From NCBI RefSeq assembly GCF_009914755.1, contig NC_060937.1: DNA of 64,000 bases; one strand, written 5' to 3'. The DNA is from the human T2T-CHM13v2.0 reference genome, Homo sapiens. The position numbers and the translations under genes are program-made. This document shows, piece by piece, positions 1 to 12,078 of the stretch. The stretch's first letter is position 1. Each line of letters opens with the position of its first letter. The notes beneath the pieces were generated by a model. It was given only the letters and a program-made list of their open reading frames with translations, did not search any database and was not told the DNA's origin.

Positions 1-1035
1 ATATACTAATTTGTTTGACTTTTTGAATAGAGTTTTCCATAACTTAATTTCTCTGTTTGTAATAAACACACATTTTTTACCTTTCAAAGTGCCAGCCATT
101 TTGTGAAAAGTGCATTCAACATTGGTGTGATCTCACATGTGAATGATCCTTTTTCATGCCTAAGCCCCAACATACAACCATAAATTCAGTACAACTGTAA
201 TGTAACCAGATTTTACCAGAATCCACCCCCCAACAGATTAAGCTTCCACAAAAAAATCTGAGTATTACAAATTCAGGTATTTTCCCCAGTATTTCATTAT
301 TGCTTTCTAATGGAGTATTAATTTAATAATTTTTTATTGAGATGAATCAAATTTTAATTACATTCAAAGAATTACCATTCAAAATCAAGGTGTGTGTGGT
401 GTATATATATGTGTGTAATTTATGGTAGCAGTATCACCAATTTTTAATAGGACGCTGGAAGTGAAATTTTACACTTTGTACTTTTTTTTCTTCTACAGTT
501 CTTTTGCAGCAAGATGTGTTTATCCATTTATCTATATATCAATGCCATAGCTGTTATCTAAGGACTATGTACAAATAAAACGAGATTTGAATACAAAATG
601 CAATATCTGATAGCTGCAGTCTTTTCAGTAAATTTTACTTTACTAATTAACACAAAACATGACTTTTTAATTTAATAATTTATTAATCCCTTTATTTGGT
701 TAAAAAATGTATTGAATGTCTATGTATAACTAAACACTATTATTTTGTTTTAATTATTTCTAAACATCATAAAACGGCTATTTAGTGGTTGATATGGCTT
801 ATTTTTGTAAATCCACGTTGTGCATTATGTGCTGAGATTCACCCTTTGTTGTTATCTATAACTATAGACAGAAACAGTTTAACCTTAAAACTTAATGAAG
901 AGTCATGTCTTTCCATGTATGGGATTTATCCAGGGACCAGGAAAATGGCCTCAAGGATATTGTGTTTTCAAATTTGTGTTTTTATTTTATCTTTAAAAAG
1001 GCCCCAAATATTCTACAATATTCAAATCTCAATAT

Positions 1036-1120
1036 CTGTCTATTTATCTATCTATCTATCTATCCATCTATCTATCTATCTAATCTATCTCCCTCCCTTC
1101 CTATCATATATTTATCTATC
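1036..1120. repeat. (TCTA)n-like tetranucleotide microsatellite
   Basis: tctatttatctatctatctatctatccatctatctatctatctaatctatct read directly. Confidence 0.9.
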
Positions 1121-3521
1121 TCCAGGGTTGGTTCTAGTAGTTTTATGTCATGTGATTGTATAATAATCATTGTACATATGTTACAACATTTATTTTCCAT
1201 GTTTTCCTGGATGACTCTTTATTCTTTTATTTTTCTTTTTTTAAACGGTACTAGGATGTACATTCTCCCACATGTCTCTCCAACACATGGACCAGGGTTT
1301 CTCTTTTATTTCTGCTTAGAAGTTGAACTAATGAGTCACAAACTATGTGAATTGTATATTCAATGTTACATGGAGATGCTTTTTTTTCCCTAGAGAAGTT
1401 ATATCAGTTTGAATATCCAGTAGAAATGTGTAAGAGAACCCTACTGACTCTTGAAAATTGGGTATGGCAAACTCATTAACTTTTGTAATTTTATCACATG
1501 AAATTCCATAGACAGAAATTTGTTTTATATAAAAATGCAACAATGTATATTAATTTTGAGAAACAATTGAATACAGTAAGTATAATATTGTCTATATATG
1601 TAAAATCCATTAAAACATGTTTGTTCTTCTATATATGCTTTCTATGGGTATTATCATATGAAATTGTTTGGTAGCAGTTATTGGCCTTAAAATTCAGATT
1701 CTTCTGAAAAGTATGCTTTTGAAAAATATGTTACTAACAGTATAATTTGCTTTGTCTACATTGACTCAAGTTTATAAGAATATATTCATGTATTTGCATA
1801 TAAACATTTTAAAAAGAAAAATAAGTGTAATTCAGCTTAATAGTTTGTTATTAATATATAGTATATAATCAGATTTAATAGTTTTATAAAATTTTAACCC
1901 ATTCATGTTACAGGCAGAAAAATAGAGCTATTAAAATAATGAGATCTGCAACTTTGCCTTATTATCTTCCAACAAAATTTGGTTTTATAGGATTCATTCA
2001 CTGAAGCCAATTTTATTTCATGCTATACTCAGAAATGTGTTTATTAAGTTCCAAGACGTTATTGTGCTAAAATTGGATGGATTACATGTTACATCAATCC
2101 TGAAGTTGCACTGCATGTCAAATGAGATCATATAATGATTTCAGAACAACTAAATTTGCTCTGAAATACTGAATCTGAAAGTTCACATCAGTTCAGAGTC
2201 AATTATCTATTTTTTCTTATGATGAGAACTCATTTTGTATAATATGAAGTTCATTGTTAATTATGAGAAATTTCTTTCTTAATTTTTATAATACTCATTT
2301 GCTTATAGAAGATTAAATAATATATAGAACAGAAAAATTATAAATATATTTTATTTGTCATTTGGACATATTCCTCTACTAAATATAAAAGTAGAAATAT
2401 TTTGTCAGAACATTCAATTCTAAATTTAAATATTTGTAGTACTAAAAATAAGGAATACATGTTTTGTAAATTTACATTTTTGTGCTTTACATTCTAGTTA
2501 CTTTTGTGTGTTTTGTTTTTTAACTACTGTAGGCTTTGAATCAAGTCTTCTAAGTGTATTTAATATAATAGCCATATTAAATAGCTTTGTTTTCAATACA
2601 GTTGTTGTTGAATATCTAACAAATATATTAGGTGTTCATGCCTAGGGAAGGAAATGTACCAATAATTGTTTCTCACTGAAACCATTCAACCTTCAAAAGA
2701 ACATATTTTATTTTAATAATAAAGAGAATATACAACAACAGTGAACTTCCGGGAGGAAAAAACCAAAACAACACAATACAATACATCTAAATCAGAGGAC
2801 TTTGGTAATCTTCCACTCAACCACACTTTTTACTTATTACATTTAAGGAAAATAAATTGAGAGATGTTTGTTGATTGGTTAAAGATGTACAAAAGGATAG
2901 TGGAAAAGGTAAAGTTGTAAATTCCATATTTAACCTATGGACCTTTCAAGCAGTGAAAAGTGTTAAAAAATGACATGAGATTCTTTGGTAGTAACTGAAT
3001 TACACTGCAGAATTATACAACCGGAAGCTCTGTGAAAAGATGAAGTGAAATTGATGAGGGATCTCTTGCACTAGATGAGTATCCTCAAACCTCCTTCCAA
3101 TACTAGCAACTTTGTTTGGAGGGCAGTTAGGGTATCTCTACCATGAAGAAAAGTTGGATCTGAAATTGGAAATAAAGGGTGATATTTTAATAACTAATCT
3201 GTTGTGTTAGTTGTTTTATCATTATTTATCAATGTGTCTTTTTATTCTAGGTTGAAATTTACAGCTGATCAATCCTGTCATAACCTCATCATCCATTGCT
3301 CAAAGTCAGATTTAATGGGTTCCATGAAATGAGAGCACAACTGGAAAAACAAGTAAGAACTCCTCAGCACATGCATTATGTGGTAATTCTGTAAATGGAG
3401 TATCTGACAATGTTCTCTTTTTCAGCTCAGCACTCCAAGACACTGAGACAGAGTGAAACATTTAGTGGCCTGATGACACGAGAAAAATATCTGAGTGTAT
3501 TTATTTCAAAAGGGCTAAATA

Positions 3522-3822
3522 GGCCGGGCGCGGTGGCTCACGCCTGTAATCCCAGCACTTTGGGATGCCGAGGCGGGCGGATCATGAGGTCAGGAGATCA
3601 AGACCATCCTGGCTAACACGGTGAAACCCCGACTCTACTAAAAATACGAAAACAAAAAATTAGCCGGACATGGTGGCGGGCGCCTGTAGTCCCAGCTACC
3701 CAGGAGGCTGAGGCAGGAGAATGGCGTAACCTGGGAGGCGGAGCTTGCCGTGAGCCGAGATCTCGCCACTGCAATCCAGTCTGGGTGACAGAGACTCCGT
3801 CTCAAAAAAAAAAAAAAAAAAA
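3522..3822 (+). mobile_element. AluY
   Basis: Starts GGCCGGGCGCGGTGGCTCAC; AluY diagnostics ACCATCCTGGCTAACACGGTG and AATGGCGT..GAGCTTG; poly(A) tail; GCTAAATA repeated on both sides (3514-3521, 3823-3830). Confidence 0.95.
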
Positions 3823-4864
3823 GCTAAATAAATACAGCTGACCCTGCCATCTCTCCATCACAAGATGTCACACAGCATGACTCTTATTCTAATTACTGAA
3901 TGCTCAACCTGCTTCTTAGAGTTGAATGTGCGTACAAACACACACACAGTTTCTTTAAACATTCGTGTTCTTAAACCACGTTTAGGGAGTCTGATTGCCT
4001 AGGTTTGAACTAGAGACTCAGATTATTGTAATCCAGTTCCCTCAAAATATGAATTTTGTGGGAAAATGTCCTTTATTATACAAAGTACAATACAAGCTAG
4101 TATAAGTATGTTTTATAATTTCATGTTTAATTTACTCTAAAAAACACTAGATCTTCAGAATATTTTAGCCAGGGATATGTTCAGTAATTCAGCAATTATC
4201 AGATTAAGAAAAAGTTGCTGCACATATAAATAATAGTAAGTTTAAAGAAAGAACAAAAAAATGAGAAAATTCGAGCTATATTTTGTAAATATTGCCTGGT
4301 TTATGAGTATAGCATTAAACTCACCTGGTAGTTTCCATGGCAAATTCTGGTTTCAAAATTTGACATCAAGAAACTGACAAAAAGGCCAAGAGCCAAAAGC
4401 CAAGTGCAGCTGAAATAACAGCTATGAGTACATTTCATCAGAAAGTTCCTTAAAAACATTACTATAAAAGTCGGTCTTACTTTTGCTCAGATATTCATAA
4501 TGTCAACTGCTGTGTAGTCCAATTACAATTTCTGTGTCATTTCAGAAAAGTTTTAAAGAGAAATATTTTTTCTTCACAATTATTTGTTAGGCATCATCCT
4601 AAGGGCAAATGTACATCTCCAGTTTAATATAAAAAATATAAATATATTACTCCTTTAAGAGAAGAGTAAAATTAAGAAAAAAACTGTATTATGTGTATTA
4701 ATATTTAAAGATAACTTCACGGTAATGTGTGCACCAGGAAAGTAATTTGAAAATTATTATATTAATAGAATATCTCCATCTTTGGCTTTAATTGTAATTT
4801 ACATGTCAAATGATTTCAGTGAGAAAGCAAATTCTTAGGTAAGGCATAATTTTGTTTCCCATTA

Positions 4865-5700
4865 AAATTATTTAATTTTTACTGAATCGAAATTTGTATA
4901 TATTTATTGTATATGTCATGATGTTTTGAAATCTGCATTTATTATGGAAGTCTAAATTAAATAACATATGCATAACTTTATATACTTATTTTTATGGTGA
5001 AAACACAAAATACGTCTTAGAAATTTTAAAGAATACAATGCATTATTATTAAACATAGCCAACTTGTATGATAGATATCTTAAACTTATTCCTGCTAACT
5101 GAAATTTTGTGTCCTTTGACCAACGTACTCTTACCCTCACCCCAGCACCTGATAACCACAACTCTGCTCTCTGCTTCTGTGAATTCAACATTTTTAGATT
5201 CCACATGTGAGATCATGTGATATTTATCTTTCTGTGCCTAGCTTATTTCACTTAATGTCTTACAAGCTCTTCCAGGTTTTCACAAAAACAAAACAAAATA
5301 TAACAAAAAAAGAGGAGTTTCTTCCTTTTTAAGACTGAATAATATTCCATTGTGTACATATACCATATTTTCTTTAACCATTCATTCATTATGGACACTT
5401 AGTATAATAGCGTGATTACACTGTAATTACTGTAATTGTCTTGGTTATAGTGAATCATGCTGCAGTGAACATGGGAGTGCAGATATCTGTTCAACATATT
5501 AATTTTTGTCCTTCGAATATATACCCAGTAGTAGGATTGTTGAATCATATGGTAGTTTTATTTTTAATTTTTTGAGGACCCTCCACACTGTTTCCCATAA
5601 TTGTAGTACTAATCTACATACCCATCACAGTGTGCGAGTTTTTCTTTTCCTCTACATTCTTGCAAATACTTCTACTTGACATTTTTATATAACAGCTATA
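4865..5700 (-). mobile_element. L1MA-type LINE-1 3' end
   Basis: Antisense L1 3'UTR and ORF2-end motifs, e.g. TTTTTAGATTCCACATGTGAGATCATG, GAATAATATTCCATTGTGTA, CCTCCACACTGTTTCCCATA. Confidence 0.85.
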
Positions 5701-6101
5701 TCTCCATTTTTATCTTTCATGTTTGCATGTTGTTTAATGAACTAGAAACAGAAAACAATCAGAGAGGTTGGAGTATACATCTTAAATATTTCACTTGTAA
5801 ATGTCTACTTTGATATTCAAAACAAATTTTTCTCAAGCCTAGTTGAGCCTAGTTGGTTCAGCCATGGCAATATCACATCAAGCAATAGGTAGGAAACCTC
5901 AGAAAGGTAGAAATGAGAATGAGAACAAAGATATCTTAGACATGGGTATGAACTGCTAAAAAATGTCTGTGTATCAATCTTCCTACATGTTTAGACTAAT
6001 ATGGCTATGGTGTGGATATGCATCATATATGCATCGTATATTAAACTTCTTTATACATATTATATAATATAAATACATCATGCACTTTATAAAACATTAT
6101 A

Positions 6102-6686
6102 GAGTCATGTTTCACTTAATGATAGGGATATGTTCTAAGAAATGCATTATTAGATGATTGTATCATTGTGCAAACGTCATAGAGTGTCCTTGAACAAAGC
6201 TACATCATATAGCCTACTACACATGCAGGCTCTATGGTATAGGCTATTCTTCCTAGGCTACAAATCTGTACAGCATGTTACTATGCTGAATAATCTAGGC
6301 AACAGTAACACAATAATATTTGTATATCTAAATATATGTAAACATAGAAAAGATACAATAGGCTGGGTGATGGCTCACGCCGATAATCCCAGCACTTTGG
6401 GAGGCCAAGGCAGGAGGATTACTTGAGCCCGGGAGTTCAAGACCAGCCTAGACAATACAGTATAGTGAGACCCTGTCTGAGTAAAAATAATAAAAAAAGA
6501 CACGGTAAAAATATGACAGCACAGTAGGTTTTCATACACGAACATCACAACAAACACATGAGCTGTGCTTTGCTTTCTGATGAAGCCACTAAGCAACAGG
6601 AACTTTTCAGCTCCATCATAATCTTATGGGACCCTCAAAGGACATGCAGGCCATCATTTACCAAAACATTGTTCCATGACATGTTT
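6102..6686 (+). mobile_element. Tigger3/MER7-family internally deleted DNA transposon, interrupted by a FLAM
   Basis: Resembles the Tigger3 5' end (GTCATG..CTTAATGATAGGGATATGTTCTAAGAAATG..CATAGAGTG..CCTAGGCTACAAA) and 3' end (TTTTCAGCTCCATCATAATCTTATGGGACC). Confidence 0.85.
6361..6498 (+). mobile_element. FLAM_C-like free left Alu monomer
   Basis: Single ~135 bp monomer GGCTGGG..GGAGGATTACTTGAGCCCGGGAGTTCAAGACCAGCC..GTGAGACCCTGTCT plus A-rich tail. Confidence 0.85.
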
Positions 6687-6984
6687 CTATATATAATGAA
6701 CTTTAAAAGGGTGTAAAAATATTTGGGTTTTTGGCCACCAACAAAATTTTATGCCAAACAAACCGTTATTTGTAGATTGCTTCATAAATATTTGTATAAG
6801 AATTTAAGAAAAATTAGTTGTTTTAAATTGATCAGTTCAAAATGAATTAAGATCAATGGTACAATAAATTCTAAAAGTGATATTTATTATAAAGGGTTAG
6901 TGATGTATTTTATTTTATTTCTTTTTTTTTCTTTTGCATTTTATTGTTAGTGACCTAAGTATTTTTATTTTATTTCACTCCTGT

Positions 6985-7342
6985 TTCCCAACTTTTATTT
7001 TAGGTTAAGGGGATGCATGTGCAGGTTTATTACATGGGTAAATTGTGTGTCACTGCGGTTTATTGTGCAATTTGATCCTGTCACCTAGGTAGTGAACATA
7101 ATATTCAATAGGTAGTTTTTTTAACCTTTACTCCTCTGCCAGCCTCTGCCTTATAGTATTCCCCAGTGTCTATTGTTCCTATCTTAATGCCCACGTTTGC
7201 TCAATGTTTAGGACCCTCTTATAGTTGACAACAGGTGGTATTTGGCTTTCTGTTCCTGTGTTAATTGCTTAGGATAATGGCCTCCATTGCGTCCATGTTG
7301 CTGCAAAAGACATGATTTTGTTATTTTTTATGGCTGCACAGT
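6985..7342 (-). mobile_element. L1PA15/16-like LINE-1 3' end
   Basis: ACTTTTATTTTAGGTT..CATGTGCAGGTTT..CATGGGTAAATTG..TTAGGATAATGGCCTCCA..CATGTTGCTGCAAAAGACATGATTT. Confidence 0.85.
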
Positions 7343-7352
7343 AATGAATTTT

Positions 7353-7660
<308 letters not shown>

Positions 7661-8439
7661 AGTAATGAATTTTAGATACATATTTAAAAAATGATTCTGT
7701 GCCATGTTTCATCGCAATAAAATCATTAAAAATAAAATCCAGCCACAGCTTATTAAGAACAGTTTGTGAATAACCACTTTGTGCACTGGCATTCATGTGT
7801 AAATGTATTATATTTAATAATTAGTATGCATATTAAATGTTATATATCATGCTATGTTTCTAAGCTGTTTATTAACTACGAGATTGTTCAAGTAACTTAA
7901 GTAACATGATGCAAACTCTAAAAAGTAGTCACAAAGGTAAATCCGATTAAAGCTGATCAAAGAGGAAACTTGTTAGAGCTAGTCATAAAGTTTTTGGGGA
8001 TATTCAAATGGAACTTTGTGAATTTTAAATATGTTAAAATATTGCTGCTGCTCCTCGGGAATATGTTAAAATGTTAAATATTTAAAATGCTAAAGAATAA
8101 TTTTCTTGATTGACTCTCCACTTTTATGAACACATTCATGTACTTCATCATTTTTAATATCAGTATTAAAGGAACATCAATAGGTATTTCAGACTCCCAA
8201 TATGCTAATTTAATTTGGCCATCATGGAATATTTCCTAAGTAACAACCAAACCTGTTTGTGCTTGAGTTTTAGTTTTTAGCAGTAGTGCTTTTCACAGAA
8301 GCAAATTCTGACGGCAGTTAGTGTAACTCTTCTAGCTTAACAGTGTTAAAGTTTTTTTTTTGTCTTTTTCACTGTAATTTAAACATTTATTCCTGTAGAA
8401 TTTCCATTTGAAAGTAGTTGAACTCTTTTATATTTAGTA

Positions 8440-9144
8440 CCTGCATAATTTGGGAGTCCCCAAGACCACTCCCACTTTGGATGCCAACCGCAAGTTTGGG
8501 AATCCCCGACAGCACCCTCACTTCTGACACAAACCACAAGTACAGAGGTTCCCAAAATTATCCCCAGGTTTGGTAACTTGCTGAAGAAATCACAGAACTC
8601 TCCAAACCTGTCAGACTCATGGTGACAGTTTATTATAGTGAAAGGATACCAATTAAAATCATTCAAGGAGAGAGTGCACAGGGTGGGACCCAAGAGGTTT
8701 TCGAGCATGAGCTTCTGGTGGTCTTCTCGGTGGAGGACAACTTCTAGTTTCTCCCAGTGAAGTTATGCAAAACAATGATTTTTCTTTTCTCATTGATGTG
8801 TGATGACACCCATGGAATACTACCAACTAATGAAGATCATCCAGGCCTTGGTGTCCAGAGCTTCTATTGATGATCAGTCACAAATTTTGGTAGACTTCCT
8901 GCATGACCAGCCTTTGTCCCCATCCCCTCCAGAGGTCAAGATATTACCAGATAGTCCAAAGCCTGCACTGTAAGTCACATGGTTAGCATAGAGTATTTAG
9001 GATTCCCCAAGTCTTGAAGGTAAACAAAGGCATTCTTATAAGGCACTCCTATCTAAGCATATTCCATGTGCTTAGAGATTACCTCCCAGGAAATGAAGGA
9101 AAATGCCAGACCTCTCTTCAGCAATATTAATTTTGTACTTCACA
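8440..9144 (-). mobile_element. MER21 (MER21C-like) LTR
   Basis: Reverse complement of the right end reads TGTG..GAGAGGTCTGGC..CCTGGGAGGTAATCTCTAAGC..TGGAAT; repeated CACCCTCACTTCTGACAC-type units; left boundary approximate. Confidence 0.75.
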
Positions 9145-9499
9145 GGACCTTAAACTTAATTTACTGAATTATACATTGTATGTGTATGTTCAAATGAAAC
9201 AAGAAAAAACATTTACGAAGTTTGCATTAAATCCAGAGCTTCATTATTTTTCTGAAAGAGTGTTAAATATGAAAATTTAAAGAGAATTTCATTATTTCAC
9301 TGTTTTAGATTTAATTGTACTTCCTCATCAGTTTATAAAGTAGATAACAATGATCAAAAAATCTTGAAAGTGTATATATCTAATTTTAATATACTGTCAC
9401 ATGAAATTTTACTCTGATCTCCTAGAATGTAGAGAAAATGGCATAAAGAAGGACAAAACAAAATAATAACCTTACATTTAAAAATTTTGCTCTAAGAAT

Positions 9500-9655
9500 T
9501 AGGAGACTGAGAGTCTTGTCCTGGTAGTGTGACTAATTTGTTATATGATTTGGGCTAATAGCTTAACCTTTCTAGAACTCAATTTGCCCATCTGTAATTA
9601 GTGAGCAGATTGAACTACATTGATTTTAAATTCCTTCATTACCTTCAAAATTCTA
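9500..9655 (+). mobile_element. MIR fragment
   Basis: TGATTTGGGCTAATAGCTTAACCTTTCTAGAACTCAATTTGCCCATCTGTAA resembles the MIR core. Confidence 0.65.
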
Positions 9656-11949
9656 CATATTTATACTTCTCAAAAAAGAGCTATGTAAGAATTAACCCAT
9701 CATAAAGATAAAGTCAGATAATAAAAGCAGCATTCTTCCAATATTAAAAGGACCTAGAGAAATATTAAGAATTTGAGTTACTTTTATTTCTAGATCATAA
9801 TTTTTGAACTTACTTTTATGAAATATCTCTCCCTAATATCTCAGCAAAGTAAAAACATTCACATTTAAGACAATCATGAACTTAATTTAATCAAATTAAA
9901 TCAAATAATAAACTTATTTCAACATACAGCATCAACACATAGCCCTTTGCTCAATATGCTTGAAGGATGTTGAATTTGCCTTGATTTTTCAGATTATTTA
10001 TACAATTTTAAGCTTCATTTATATTCAGTAGTATAGATAAGTTAAAACAATGTAGCACAAATATATCCATTCTTTTATTATTCAAGTAAAATTTTTTGCA
10101 GTTTAAATATGCTGCTGAAATATCAATCATTACATGAATTATATTGAAAGGTATATAGATACACAGAGTCCATTAAATCTGCATTCTTTATACATTTTGT
10201 GATCTGTCTCTAATAGCTTTTATGCTTTGTTTTGTTTTTACCTTGAAATGGCATATTTACTCTGGCAATGATTTCTCAAGTAAAATATTTATTTCTGCTA
10301 CAAAACTGTTTTATTTGGGTATTTCCTAATACTTCAAATGTTTGTTTCATTAGCAAACATTTGTTCTCCCAGCAAATATTTCCAAAATGGACTATTACTT
10401 TCAAGGGTTTTGGCAACTGTGTAGCATGGGCAGTAGGTTTGGCCAACTGTCTTTCCATCTGCTACTCTTGGTTCCCTGCAATTTTTTCCCAGTTAGCCAG
10501 GAACACTTTAGAGATTCCAGTGGCTTCCTGGAAAAAAGCATATTTAAACATTTTTTTCCACTGAAATTCAGGCCTTTACAAAACTCCACACCTAGTAAAA
10601 CAAGAGATTTTATACATCGCTCGAATCTTTTGAAAGTTGGTGAACTTTCCATAATATTCCCTTTTAAAGTGAATAGATAACTTAAAATATAATCTACTAG
10701 AATAATACATAAAGAGAATATTAGTTACACACTCACACATATGCACACACATATATACAGCTTTTGAATTAGAAACATAAAATTTGAAAGTTGAAAACTT
10801 GCTACTTAAATTTTCTAATAAAAATCCAAAGTAGTTTGTTTTCACTGACAGAATAAATGAACATATTCACAGATAAAAATATTCCCCCAGATTTTTAAAG
10901 ATACAAAATAAGGGGAAAATATGTTATGATTATATGAATTTTCAACAATTTCTTAAATAGGAAATTTAAAAAAGTATAAATTTAATATTATTAAAATGCT
11001 ATTATTCTATATGTGATTTAACTTAATTTTATTTAGATGTCTGATTTGACTACGTTAATGTACAAATTAAAAGTTAATTCAGTAAATGTATTCAATCAAT
11101 GAAACCTTGATAATTATATAAATAGGGGAAAAGAAAAGGAGATTCAGGGTACGTTGATTTGTATTTTCATCACAGGAAAAGGGTAGCAAGTGCCATGTAG
11201 AAGTGAAATTGGCACCCACTTATTTTTCTACTTCTTTAAAACATACCTGTTAGAGCAATTTTGGCTATTGTCCTCATCTCAAGCATGTAAATAAGATCAG
11301 TCTCATTCTGGACTTCTGTCATAATGCTTCCCACTCCATATTCCTGATTCCCTCATTTGTTGGCTCTATCCTTCTCTACCATAAATCCCTTTGGCCTCTT
11401 TCCTTATGCATTCTTTCCTCTCTGACTTATTGAATTAAAAGCCCACTCTCCCAACTCCAAACCCTGACTCAGCATGGCCTCTTGATTCTGAAGTACCTGA
11501 GGTTGCCTGCAGTGTTTGATAAGGGATTTTTTTTTCTTTTTTCTTTTCTTTTTTTTTTTCTTTAAAAGTTGATGTGGAAGAATTGCTACTGCAATTCAGA
11601 CTCACAAGTAATTCTATTAGATAGTTTGTAAGTAGATATGAAGAAGTGGTATCTTTTTCCGATAGTATGAAATATTCTCTTATGAGGGCTTTAAAAGCCC
11701 AATACACCTTTTCCCCATCTGAATTCTGAAACATTTGAGACATAAAAGAATGGCAGCGCTAGATGGAACACATAATATTATCACAATCACTAATAAATCC
11801 AGGCTAGACTAGACTGTGAGCCAAGCTGACTTACCACCACCTACCCTACTTTAGTTCTGACCTAAAATAGAAAACAAAGGACAATTTCATTTCTGTACTG
11901 AGTAGATATGCTAATGTATTCCCTTGCTGTAGACATCCCTAATCCCCAT

Positions 11950-12015
11950 TCCTTTTCTTTCTCTTCCTTCCTTCCTTCCTTCCTTCCTTCCTTCCTTCCT
12001 TCCTTCCTTTCTTTC
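11950..12015. repeat. (TTCC)n microsatellite
   Basis: About 11 TTCC units read directly. Confidence 0.95.
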
Positions 12016-12078
12016 TGATCCACCCGCCTTAGCCTCTCAAAGTGCTGAGATTACAGTCGTGAGCCACCACACCCGGCC
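12016..12078 (-). mobile_element. Alu 5' fragment (~63 bp)
   Basis: TGATCCACCCGCCTTAGCCTCTCAAAGTGCTGAGATTACAG..GAGCCACCACACCCGGCC is the reverse complement of an Alu 5' end. Confidence 0.9.

Noticed and set aside
789-1393. 124-aa and 162-aa hydrophobic ORFs
   Set aside because: They run through a TCTA microsatellite and T-rich low-complexity DNA, with no recognisable protein features
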